Shown here piece after piece: positions 20,997 to 30,662 of a stretch of DNA of 64,000 nt. Origin of the DNA: a bacterium (GTDB taxonomy: Bacteria > SAR324 > NAC60-12); NCBI GenBank assembly GCA_965205865.1, contig CBDBHR010000029.1, forward strand, positions 256,001-320,000, in the 5' to 3' direction. A model generated the notes under the pieces. It was not told where the DNA came from. It saw nothing but the letters and a program-made list of their open reading frames with translations, and made no database searches. Made by a program: the position numbers and the translations under genes. Within the stretch, counting starts at the first letter, position 1. Every line of letters starts with the position of its first letter.

Positions 20997-21646
20997 AATT
21001 TTTTAACAAACCATGGGAAAGCAATAAATTTCTGACTTCCTCTCCGGAGATGTTTATTCCACGCCGACGGACCCGCCGTGTTAATTGATCTAAAGTATCT
21101 GATGGATGCTGAATCAACTCTACTAAAATGATCACTGCATTAGCATGAGAGGGTAAGTGTTCTTTTGCCTGAGACTGTCGCCGCTCACTCTGCCTTTGTT
21201 TCTGAGCCGCATAAACCATTGGGTTGCTCGAAAAACAGATGTATCTGCCGGCTTCTCTTTCTCTCAATAATTCTGAATGCTCTTTATAAGGAGGAAAGTA
21301 TTTGCAGCAGTGAACCTCCAAAGGATTCACTTAAATCTTTTGCACTGAGGCCAGATGATGATTGCTCAACGAGAGCAATAATGCTAGATCTTAGACCACC
21401 GTGTTTGGAAAATCTCATCTCTTTGTATTTCCATATCCCCTCAGAATTAAACTCTGGGATCTCCGGTAAAACGTAATAACAGCCATTATGGTTATAACTA
21501 CGATAGGTTTTCCACTGTTTTAAACGCCTTTCGATGGTCCGTTGCGATAACTGGAAAAACTCTTTCAGTTCTGCAATTGTGAGCACTTTTCTCTTTTGGA
21601 AAAAGGCCACTATGTTTTTCTTTATTGGTTTGTCTGTTCGGTTCAT
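20986..21646 (-). pseudogene. HTH-type accessory ORF of the same element, frameshifted near 21290
   Basis: LTIAELKEFFQLSQRTIERRLK HTH-like segment. ORFs 21284-21646 and 20986-21330 join into one protein of about 220 aa that overlaps the transposase start. Confidence 0.55.
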
Positions 21647-21651
21647 TTTAT

Positions 21652-21706
21652 ATTTTGGCGGGGTATAGATAATTCAGTAAAAAAATTATCTATACCCCGC
21701 CAAAAT
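21652..21706. repeat. Perfect 23-bp inverted repeat
   Basis: ATTTTGGCGGGGTATAGATAATT - 9 nt loop - AATTATCTATACCCCGCCAAAAT, immediately upstream of the HTH ORF. Confidence 0.9.
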
Positions 21707-22231
21707 TTAACAAATGACAACTCCAATGGGGGATGATCCTCTGTTTTCCAAGTCAAAATACACTATCTACTCAATTTTTTGTCATAAAATGTATCTATTT
21801 CATTGATGGTCTCACACATTTTTAGACCATCGATTGCCCTTATTTTTCAAGGGATTGCAGGGAAATCTACCAGGATTTTGCCTTCATAGGTTTTTATAGC
21901 AAGTAGAGAAAGACGGATAACAATCTTTATCTCATGATAATCCGCCATCTTTCATTCCGGGGAGATTAAATTTCCATTTGAAGTAACAATTTTCCTGCTT
22001 GACATCTCCAGGGGCTATTGTTAGTCAATTTACTTTCCTTACTTTAGTAGCCTGTGATTGTCTGTTTTGTCATTCTTGGCTTGACCGGGAATCCGGAGCT
22101 TCAGCCACTTGTTGTTGGAAGGGATAAAGCCTATGGGCGGCTTGCTGGAGGCTAGCGTGGCCGCATTGAGCGGCTGGCCGAACAGATCCTCAAAAAATTG
22201 CTGGCATCGATCAAAGGGCAGAAACTGATAT

Positions 22232-22508
22232 TGTGGTTACTCGGACTCGGATGGAGTACGAGATGAAAAATTATTAAAATCACTGGCAGTTCTAAAATAC
22301 AACAGAGAAAATCACACCCAACCAATCAAACAGCGATGCAAACAAGGAGGGTCATGACCGGGAATCCGGAAGCGTGCCACGCTATGTGGTTACTCGGACT
22401 CGGATGGAGTACGAGATGAAAAATTATTAAAATCACTGGCAGTTCTAAAATACAACAGAGAAAATCACACCCAACCAATCAAACAGCGATGCAAACAAGG
22501 AGGGTCAT
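22232..22508. repeat. Tandem direct duplication of 124 bp
   Basis: 22232-22355 and 22385-22508 read identically (TGTGGTTACTCGG...AAGGAGGGTCAT). Confidence 0.9.
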
Positions 22509-22580
22509 TGTCATTGAAAAGGCGTTGTCACATTATTTCCAAGGCGCTTTGAAAATACGTATCATAGAGGGAGAGGAACC

Positions 22581-23810
22581 ATGAACAACCTGCAGATATC
22601 AGAAGAGTACAAACCTGTTTTAGAGAAAGTAAAGAACTTCATCCATGATGAAATAGAGCCACTGGAGGATGAATTTCACAGTGAAATCGGAAGAGACGGA
22701 GACCGCTGGCAATTTACCGCTCGCATGACCGAAATTTTGGATGGCTTGAAATCCAGGGCGAAAGAAGTAAGGCTCTGGAATTTTTTCTTACCCAATGCGA
22801 GCTTTCCTGGAGCCCCCAGGATTTCCAATCTGGACTATGCCTACTTAGCCGAGCAGATGGGAATGAGCAAACTTGCATCTGAAGTTTTCAATTGTGCCGC
22901 GCCGGATACCGGAAATATGGAAGTACTGGAGCGCTATGGAACTGAAGCGCAGAAAGAACAATGGCTGACACCCCTGATGAATGGGGAAATCCGCTCCAGT
23001 TTTGCCATGACGGAACCCGATGTGGCTTCCTCCGATGCCACTAATATTTCCACTAGTGCGGTACTGGAAAGAGATGAGTGGGTGATCAATGGAGAAAAAT
23101 ATTTTGCTTCAGGCGCCGGCGATCCCCGCTGCAAGATCATCATCTGCATGGTGCAGACCGATCCGGAAGCTCCGCGGCATTCCCGCCAATCTCAGATTTT
23201 GGTACCACGGCATACTCCGGGAATCGAAACGATGGGATGTATGCATGTTTTTGGCAGCGATGACGCTCCTCACGGACATATGCATTTACGCTTCAACAAT
23301 GTTCGCGTCCCCAAGGACAACATTATTCTTGGTCCGGGACGAGGGTTTGAAATATCCCAAGGTCGTTTGGGACCCGGTCGCATCCATCATTGCATGCGCT
23401 TGATCGGTCAGGCGGAAAAAGCATTGGAACTTCTTTGCAAACGAGGCCTGTCACGGTTTGGATTTGGTAAAGAATTGATCAAGCTGGGAGGGAATTACGA
23501 CATAGTGGCAGATTCAAGGATCGAAATCGAAACTGCCCGTTTACTTACTTTGAAAGCGGCTCGCATGATGGATTTGTATGGCAACAAAGAAGCAAGAACC
23601 TATATTTCTCAAATCAAAGTCTATGTGCCAAATATTACATTGAAAGTCATTGATCGCGCCATTCAAATGTATGGTGGAACGGGAGTCTCCCAATGGACCC
23701 CGCTCGCCCGTATGTGGGCCAGTGCCCGCACATTGAGACTGGCAGATGGTCCGGATGAAGTCCATCGCATGGTTGTCGCCAGGCAGGAATTACTCAAGTA
23801 TCAAAACTGA
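22581..23810 (+). CDS. Acyl-CoA dehydrogenase (ACAD10/11-like bacterial group)
   Basis: FNCAAPDTGNMEVL, MTEPDVASSDATN, QGRLGPGRIHHCMR and LRLADGPDEVH motifs. Confidence 0.95.
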   Translation: MNNLQISEEYKPVLEKVKNFIHDEIEPLEDEFHSEIGRDGDRWQFTARMTEILDGLKSRAKEVRLWNFFLPNASFPGAPRISNLDYAYLAEQMGMSKLASEVFNCAAPDTGNMEVLERYGTEAQKEQWLTPLMNGEIRSSFAMTEPDVASSDATNISTSAVLERDEWVINGEKYFASGAGDPRCKIIICMVQTDPEAPRHSRQSQILVPRHTPGIETMGCMHVFGSDDAPHGHMHLRFNNVRVPKDNIILGPGRGFEISQGRLGPGRIHHCMRLIGQAEKALELLCKRGLSRFGFGKELIKLGGNYDIVADSRIEIETARLLTLKAARMMDLYGNKEARTYISQIKVYVPNITLKVIDRAIQMYGGTGVSQWTPLARMWASARTLRLADGPDEVHRMVVARQELLKYQN

Positions 23811-23816
23811 TCCTTC

Positions 23817-24593
23817 ATGAGGAAACTCACCTTTTCCGCCATTCCCGGTATTCCCCTCATTAAACCGGGTGATGATTTGATCGCCATAATTGTAGATGCT
23901 CTCCGTCAAATTGGCGAAACGTTGCAGGACCATGATGTGCTGGTAGTTGCTCAGAAGATTGTTTCCAAGGCGGAAAATCGATATGTTTCTCTAACGGAAA
24001 TCAAACCTTCTGCAGAAGCAATCGTATTAGCTGAAGAAGTGCGCAAGGACCCACGCCACGTACAAGTCATTCTTTCTGAGTCAAAAGAAGTGATCCGTAA
24101 AAAACCTGGCGTATTGATCGTGGAACATCGATTGGGATTTGTCCATGCCAATGCCGGTGTCGACCGTTCCAATATCGAATACGATCATGAAAAGGAACAA
24201 GTGCTGCTGCTACCTCGTGATCCGGATGCCAGTGCTCGAAAACTGAGGGAGGGTTTGGAATGCTTTTATGGGAGCCGCTTGGGCGTGCTCATCAATGATA
24301 CGAGTGGACGAGCATGGCGTAATGGTCTGCAAGGCCTGGCCATTGGAGTGACCGGTTTCACCGCCCTGGAAAATCATATTGGCAGCCGGGATATTTTTAA
24401 TCGAAAATTGGAAGTAACGGAGGTTGCAACTGCGGATGAAATGGCTGCAGGCGCTTCGTTACTGATGGGACAGAAAGACGAGAAAACTCCAGTCGTAGTG
24501 GTGCGGGGTTATCATCCTTCCGAGCCTGTAGAGGAAACCCTGAGGGGTATCAAACCTTTGCTGCGTCCCAAAGATCAAGATTTATTCAGGTGA
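23817..24593 (+). CDS. cofE: Coenzyme F420-0:L-glutamate ligase
   Basis: PLIKPGDDL, AQKIVSKAE, ANAGVDRSN, LLPRDPDASA, DTSGRAWRNG and ADEMA motifs; no nitroreductase fusion. Confidence 0.93.
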   Translation: MRKLTFSAIPGIPLIKPGDDLIAIIVDALRQIGETLQDHDVLVVAQKIVSKAENRYVSLTEIKPSAEAIVLAEEVRKDPRHVQVILSESKEVIRKKPGVLIVEHRLGFVHANAGVDRSNIEYDHEKEQVLLLPRDPDASARKLREGLECFYGSRLGVLINDTSGRAWRNGLQGLAIGVTGFTALENHIGSRDIFNRKLEVTEVATADEMAAGASLLMGQKDEKTPVVVVRGYHPSEPVEETLRGIKPLLRPKDQDLFR

Positions 24594-25573
24594 TTCTCGT
24601 GGGCGGACCTTTTGAAAAAAAATACCTCGCCATTTCAGGAGGCGTGGGAGGAGCCAAACTGGCCTTGGGATTGTCGAAAATCCTGGCCCCGGATCAACTG
24701 ATGGTTGTCGCCAATACCGGGGATGATTTCGAGCACTTGGGTTTGCGGATCTCACCGGATTTGGATACGTTGATGTACACGTTGGCGAAACTCAACAACC
24801 CGGAGCAGGGATGGGGCTTGGCGGGAGAAAGTTGGAATTTCCTGGAAGCCTTGGAATCCTTGGGAGGCGAGAGTTGGTTTCAACTTGGCGACCGGGATAT
24901 GGCCACTCACGTAATACGCACCCGTCTTCTCTCAGAAGGTCGGAGTTTGACGGAAGTCACCCGGTATCTCTGTCTGCAATTGGGAATTCAGCATCCCATT
25001 GTTCCCATGACGGACGACATCGTAGCCACGGTAGTCGAGATTGCCGGTGGTGAACAACTCACTTTTCAGCACTATTTTGTAAGGGAGCGCTGTCAACCAG
25101 TTGTCACCGGTTTTCATTTTGAAGGCATCGATCAAGCTCGAATCAGTCCACTTTTTCAAAAAATGTTAAAGGATCCCCATCTGGCTGCTATCGTGATCTG
25201 TCCTTCCAATCCATGCATCAGCATAGATCCGGTATTGTTCCTCCCCTGCGTACGGCAGGCGCTGCAAAACGCTTCGGCCCCTGTTGTTGCAGTTTCTCCG
25301 ATTGCGCAAGCAAAAGCCGTCAAAGGCCCAACTGCTAAGATATTGAAAGAACTTGGAATGTCAGTTTCGGCAACAACTGTGGCCCGGTATTATCAGGATT
25401 TCCTGGACGGGTTTGTCTTGGACACTCAGGATCAAACCCTTGCTGAAGAAATTGAAATGCTTGGAATGGAGGTGACAGTCACCAATATTATTATGAAGAC
25501 TCTTGAAGATCGGATAAAACTGGCCAGGGAGACTTTAGAGTTTGCTGGTCAATTGCTTGAGAATTCCGGGTAA
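24590..25573 (+). CDS. cofD: 2-phospho-L-lactate transferase (FbiA)
   Basis: SGGVGGAKL, NTGDDF, SPDLDT, WFQLGDRD, PSNP and KGPTAK motifs; GTGA overlap with cofE. Confidence 0.95.
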   Translation: MILVGGPFEKKYLAISGGVGGAKLALGLSKILAPDQLMVVANTGDDFEHLGLRISPDLDTLMYTLAKLNNPEQGWGLAGESWNFLEALESLGGESWFQLGDRDMATHVIRTRLLSEGRSLTEVTRYLCLQLGIQHPIVPMTDDIVATVVEIAGGEQLTFQHYFVRERCQPVVTGFHFEGIDQARISPLFQKMLKDPHLAAIVICPSNPCISIDPVLFLPCVRQALQNASAPVVAVSPIAQAKAVKGPTAKILKELGMSVSATTVARYYQDFLDGFVLDTQDQTLAEEIEMLGMEVTVTNIIMKTLEDRIKLARETLEFAGQLLENSG

Positions 25574-25703
25574 ATAAATTAATGTCGACGATAATTTTTG
25601 TCATTATGAAAGAATGATTCCGGATGACTTGTGAAAAGTCGTGTCATTCTACCAAACTGAAAGAAACCTGGTGACACCAGTTTCATTGAATGAAAGGAAA
25701 GGG

Positions 25704-28211
25704 ATGGATCATGATCTGAATTCACTGCTGGAAAATGCAGTTTCCGGCAAAATGTTGAGCGATACGGAAGGAATACAACTATCTTTTGCTGTGCTGTCCC
25801 CGCTCTTACTCGAAACCGCAACGGCGTTGAGAGACCAAAAACACCACGATCAAGTTTCCTATTCACGCAAGGTTTTCATCCCTCTCACCCATTTGTGCCG
25901 CGATTTTTGCCATTATTGTACATTTGCCCAAAAACCCCGAAATGTGAAATCTCCCTACCTCACTCCCGAGGAAGTTCTCAAAATTGCGGAAGATGGAAGA
26001 GAGGCAGGATGCAAAGAAGCGCTTTTCACTCTGGGAGACAAACCGGAACTCCAATACAAGGCGGCACGAGACGGTTTGGCAAATCTGGGACACGAAACCA
26101 CGCTTTCCTACCTCGCGGATATGGCGGAAATGGTTTTTAAGGAAACCGGTTTGTTACCACATTTGAATCCCGGATTGATGAATGTCGAAGATCTGGCAAG
26201 CTTGAGACGTTGCTCCGTTTCCATGGGAATCATGCTTGAAACTTCTTCAAATCGTCTCGGTAAAAAGGGGGGGCCTCACTATGGCTCTCCCGACAAAATT
26301 CCTGCCCGACGTCTCGAAACCATTCGCTTGGCGGGAGAAGCAGCCATACCTTTTACTTCCGGGATCCTGATCGGGATTGGGGAAACCCGGCAAGAACGTA
26401 TTGAATCACTACTGGTATTGAGAAATCTGCATCGGAAATATGGGCATATCCAGGAAATTATTATCCAGAATTTTCGTGCCAAACCCAACACCAGAATGGC
26501 TCAGGCTCCTGAACCTGATTTGTCGGATATGCTTTGGACTCTGGCGGTGGCGAGAATCCTATTTGGCGCGGAAATGAACATCCAGGCCCCACCCAATTTG
26601 AATCCCGGAGCGCTCCCGCAAATCATTGGGGCAGGCATCAATGATTGGGGAGGCGTATCCCCGGTGACCCCGGACTTCGTTAATCCGGAAGCCCCTTGGC
26701 CTCATTTGAAGACCTTGGAGAATGAAACGCTTCAAGCCGGGAAAATTTTATTGGAGCGTCTTGCTATTTATCCCGAATACGCGAAAGCTGCGGAGCAATG
26801 GCTGGATCCTGAATTGATTGCTCCCGTATTGCAAATGAGTGACGGGCAGGGATTTGCTCGTACTGAAGATTGGTCGGCAGGGGTGGTCGTCGATCCTCCT
26901 CGATACGATCTGGAGCGATTGAAACGGACCATTTTGTCCCCGCCCAATGAACGCGTACAATCCATTCTTGATAAGGCAACTCGTGGAGAGGATTTAACAG
27001 AAATAGAAATCGTCCATCTTTTTCAAGCAAGGAGTTGGGACTTTGCGCATATCTGCAATGCGGCAGACCAACTACGAAAGCAGGTAATGGGAGAGAAAGT
27101 GACTTACGTCGTTAACCGCAATATCAATTACACCAATGTCTGTTATTTTCGCTGTCAGTTTTGCGCCTTTTCCAAGGGAAAGATGAGCGAAAACTTAAGG
27201 GGCCGTCCTTACAATCTGACTTCCGAAGAGATCATGCGCCGAACCCGTGAAGCCTGGGAACGAGGAGCAACGGAGGTTTGCTTACAAGGCGGGATTCACC
27301 CGGAGTATACAGGACAATCCTACCTCGATATCTGTCATGCGATCAAAGAGGCAGTTCCGGAAATTCACATTCATGCATTCTCTCCCTTGGAAGTCTGGCA
27401 GGGAGCGCATACCCTCGGGATTGGTATTGATGAATTTTTAATCCGCCTGCGCGATGCCGGATTGGGAACGTTACCAGGGACGGCTGCGGAAATATTGGAT
27501 GATGAAGTGAGAGCCACTTTGTGCCCCGATAAAATTAAAACCGATCAATGGTTCAAAGTGGTTGAAACGGCACACGATCTGGGAATCAAAACCACCTCCA
27601 CCATCATGTTTGGACACATTGAGAATTATGTCCATTGGGCCCGTCATTTGCTACGGGTGCGAGCCTTGCAGAAACGAACCGGTGGATTTACGGAATTCGT
27701 GCCATTGCCTTTCATTCACATGGAAGCACCGATTTATCTCAAAGGTCGAGCCAGAAAAGGTCCGACATTTCGGGAAGCAGTTTTGATCCACGCCGTGGCT
27801 CGACTGGCATTGCATCCTCACGTCAAAAGTATCCAAGCCTCGTGGACCAAACTGGGGCATAAGGGGGCTCAGATCTGTTTGCGGGCGGGAGTCAATGATT
27901 TGGGAGGGACATTGATGAATGAAACGATCACACGCGCTGCCGGAGCAAGCCATGGCCAAGAGACTTTGCCGCAACGGATGGAAGAATTGATTCGCTCGAT
28001 CGGGCGTATTCCGGAGCAGCGCACCACCGACTATAGCGAGGCGCCATCAGGACAAGTTATTCGCTCCTTCAATGCTCCGGTATTGGAAGAAGCGCTTTAT
28101 GCTTCTGCAAAACGTTTTGAACGTAGAGAGAAAAAGCCTCTTTATCGACCCGGATTGGATGAGGAAACATCGCTACTGCGAACTGAGATCACCAGCGCCG
28201 ATATTGTATAG
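25704..28211 (+). CDS. fbiC: FO synthase, fused CofG-CofH radical SAM enzyme
   Basis: Two CxxxCxxC motifs (CRDFCHYC, CYFRCQFC), GINDWGGVSP, PGTAAEIL and NDLGGTLMNE. Start placed at ATG 25704 after AGGAAAGGG. Confidence 0.95.
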   Translation: MDHDLNSLLENAVSGKMLSDTEGIQLSFAVLSPLLLETATALRDQKHHDQVSYSRKVFIPLTHLCRDFCHYCTFAQKPRNVKSPYLTPEEVLKIAEDGREAGCKEALFTLGDKPELQYKAARDGLANLGHETTLSYLADMAEMVFKETGLLPHLNPGLMNVEDLASLRRCSVSMGIMLETSSNRLGKKGGPHYGSPDKIPARRLETIRLAGEAAIPFTSGILIGIGETRQERIESLLVLRNLHRKYGHIQEIIIQNFRAKPNTRMAQAPEPDLSDMLWTLAVARILFGAEMNIQAPPNLNPGALPQIIGAGINDWGGVSPVTPDFVNPEAPWPHLKTLENETLQAGKILLERLAIYPEYAKAAEQWLDPELIAPVLQMSDGQGFARTEDWSAGVVVDPPRYDLERLKRTILSPPNERVQSILDKATRGEDLTEIEIVHLFQARSWDFAHICNAADQLRKQVMGEKVTYVVNRNINYTNVCYFRCQFCAFSKGKMSENLRGRPYNLTSEEIMRRTREAWERGATEVCLQGGIHPEYTGQSYLDICHAIKEAVPEIHIHAFSPLEVWQGAHTLGIGIDEFLIRLRDAGLGTLPGTAAEILDDEVRATLCPDKIKTDQWFKVVETAHDLGIKTTSTIMFGHIENYVHWARHLLRVRALQKRTGGFTEFVPLPFIHMEAPIYLKGRARKGPTFREAVLIHAVARLALHPHVKSIQASWTKLGHKGAQICLRAGVNDLGGTLMNETITRAAGASHGQETLPQRMEELIRSIGRIPEQRTTDYSEAPSGQVIRSFNAPVLEEALYASAKRFERREKKPLYRPGLDEETSLLRTEITSADIV

Positions 28212-28304
28212 TAAGAAGCGGTTTTGGGCTGGCAAAAACATTTTTAAAAAACTGTCCTTATCAATTAACGTAACAACCATCCCCGACTCTTTTTGGAGAT
28301 CAAA

Positions 28305-30662
28305 ATGGAAACACTACGTGTTGCAGGTCTCGAGGCGCCTGTCGACATCTTGACCGATTGTTGGGGCATCGCGCATATCTATGCCGAAAACCAGCACGAC
28401 CTGTTCTTCGCCCAGGGCTTTAACGCAGCCCACGATCGCCTCTTTCAGCTCGAGATCTGGCGGCGGCGCGTGCTGGGACGCATGGCTGAAATTCAGGGTC
28501 CCAAGGCTTTAAAGCGCGACGTTGGCGCCCGGCTGTTGAGTTTCCGCGGTGATTTGGAAAATGAATATGCCTGCTACCACCCGGATGGAAAGACGATCAT
28601 CACCTCTTTCGTAGACGGCGTAAACGCCTATATCCGGCAGGCGCTGGAAGATCCGGATACACTCCCGCTCGAGTTCCGGCTACTCGGTATCACCCCCGAA
28701 CCTTGGACGCCTGAAATTGTATTGGGCCGTATTGGCGGCATCTTTCACAATCTGGAAACCGAAGTGTTGATTGCCAGAGCGCTCAAGACCATGTCGCCCG
28801 ATACGATTCGGATGTTGCTGCACCTCCATCCCGGCCAGCCTGAGGTGAAAGTTCCGGACGGGATCGAGCTCGATGCAATTCCCGACGACGTACTCATGTA
28901 TTATCTGGCCGCGCGAGAGGCTGTCGAATTTTCGCCGGAAGACATCGTGAATCCGAATGATCGAGCTCCGCAGACGCAAACCGACGGCACAGGAAATTCG
29001 AGCGGTTTGAACAAATCCCGAGACGAGGGCAGCAACAACTGGGTCATCAGCGGCGTCAAAACGTTGTCACGACAGCCATTTATGGTCAACGACCCTCACC
29101 GGTTGATCAAGGCGCCGTCGTTGCGGTACTGGGTGCATCTGGTTGCGCCGGGTTGGAACGTGATCGGTGGTGGCGAACCTCATTTACCCGGCGTCTCAAT
29201 CGGACACAACCAATACGGCGCATGGGGGCTCACAATTTTCCCTACCGACTGCGAAGATCTGTATGTCTACCGCACCAATCCCGACAACTCCAACCAATAT
29301 TGGTATCAGGACGGCTGGGAGGAGATGTCTGTCGAGCGCGAAACGATCCCCCTCAAGGACCAAGCTGACGCTGAAGTCGAACTCAAATATACCCGACATG
29401 GCCCGGTATTGGCCGAAGATCGCGAGCGACGGTATGCTTTCGGTCTGCGCGCGGCGTGGCTGGACGTCGGCGGGGCGCCCTATTTGGCCAGCCTTCGCAT
29501 GGACCAAGCCAAGACGTGGCAGGAATTTCGTGACTCCTGCGCCTATTCCCACGCGCCGTCGTTGAACATGGTCTGGGCGGATCTTGCAGGCAATATCGGC
29601 TGGCAGGCGGTCGGGTTTGTGCCACGGAGACCCAATTGGAACGGTCTTACCCCCGTCCCTGGCGACGGTCGCTTTGAGTGGGACGGCTATCTGCCTGTCC
29701 ACGACCTGCCGCACCGCGTCAATCCGACCGAAGGGTTTATTGCGACTGCAAACCAGGAGAATCTCCCCCCCGGTTACAAAGAGCGGATCAGCTTCAACTG
29801 GATCGAGCCTTTCCGTTATGCGCGGATTGTGGAGGTGCTATTCGCTGGAAAGCAGCTGACTGCCCACGACATGATGCAACTACAGAATGACGAGTATTCG
29901 ATCCCGGCACGCGAACTCGTGCCGCTGTTGGAGAATCCGGATTTGCCGGATTCCAACGACACGCTGTTGCAAACGGCGGTCGAACTGTTGCGGAACTGGG
30001 ATTTCGTTTTAGACAAGGCCTCGGTTGGCGCGGGTATCTACGCGGCCTGGCAGCGGCAACTATGGGCGGCGTTTTTGGAAATCCATGTGCCTGAAGAACT
30101 ACGCGAGTCCTTCACCGACATAGTCATAACCCCACTGATTCAGAATCTGCTTGCCCCGGACGGTAGCTTTGGCCCCAATCCGACAATCGGCCGGGATCGT
30201 TTCGTTCGAGAGAGTTTTGCCGCAGCGGTCCAGGATCTCACTGCGCGCTTCGGGCCTAGTCCCGACAAGTGGACGTACGGGCGGATCGACTATCACTCAT
30301 TCACCATCAGACACATGCTGGGCAACGCGGTGAATGCCGAACTGCGCGGTCTACTCGAGGTGGGTCCGTTCCCGCGTGGCGGCGACAGCTTTACCGTCAA
30401 CAAAACTGGTAATGACGACGAGCAAACCGTTGGCGCCTCGTTCCGGCTGATCGCCGACCTCGGTGACTGGGACCGCTGTTTGGGCATCAATACGCCAGGA
30501 CAGGCCGGTGATCCGGCCAACGAGCACTATCGCGACTTGTCCGGCCTGTGGACCGATGGCAAGTATTTCTCGCTGCTGTATTCCCACGATAAAATCGCGG
30601 CGGTCTCAGAACGGAAGACCGTGCTCCCTCAGGAGGTGAAAGTTACCGGGCAACATCGCTAA
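28305..30662 (+). CDS. Penicillin acylase family Ntn-hydrolase
   Basis: WGIAHIYA, FAQG..AHDRLFQ, GSNNW (catalytic Ser), NDPH, TRHGP and PGQAG motifs; no evident signal peptide. Confidence 0.93.
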   Translation: METLRVAGLEAPVDILTDCWGIAHIYAENQHDLFFAQGFNAAHDRLFQLEIWRRRVLGRMAEIQGPKALKRDVGARLLSFRGDLENEYACYHPDGKTIITSFVDGVNAYIRQALEDPDTLPLEFRLLGITPEPWTPEIVLGRIGGIFHNLETEVLIARALKTMSPDTIRMLLHLHPGQPEVKVPDGIELDAIPDDVLMYYLAAREAVEFSPEDIVNPNDRAPQTQTDGTGNSSGLNKSRDEGSNNWVISGVKTLSRQPFMVNDPHRLIKAPSLRYWVHLVAPGWNVIGGGEPHLPGVSIGHNQYGAWGLTIFPTDCEDLYVYRTNPDNSNQYWYQDGWEEMSVERETIPLKDQADAEVELKYTRHGPVLAEDRERRYAFGLRAAWLDVGGAPYLASLRMDQAKTWQEFRDSCAYSHAPSLNMVWADLAGNIGWQAVGFVPRRPNWNGLTPVPGDGRFEWDGYLPVHDLPHRVNPTEGFIATANQENLPPGYKERISFNWIEPFRYARIVEVLFAGKQLTAHDMMQLQNDEYSIPARELVPLLENPDLPDSNDTLLQTAVELLRNWDFVLDKASVGAGIYAAWQRQLWAAFLEIHVPEELRESFTDIVITPLIQNLLAPDGSFGPNPTIGRDRFVRESFAAAVQDLTARFGPSPDKWTYGRIDYHSFTIRHMLGNAVNAELRGLLEVGPFPRGGDSFTVNKTGNDDEQTVGASFRLIADLGDWDRCLGINTPGQAGDPANEHYRDLSGLWTDGKYFSLLYSHDKIAAVSERKTVLPQEVKVTGQHR

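Noticed and set aside
22232-22508. CRISPR or ncRNA array
   Set aside because: Only two 124-bp copies; a simple duplication.
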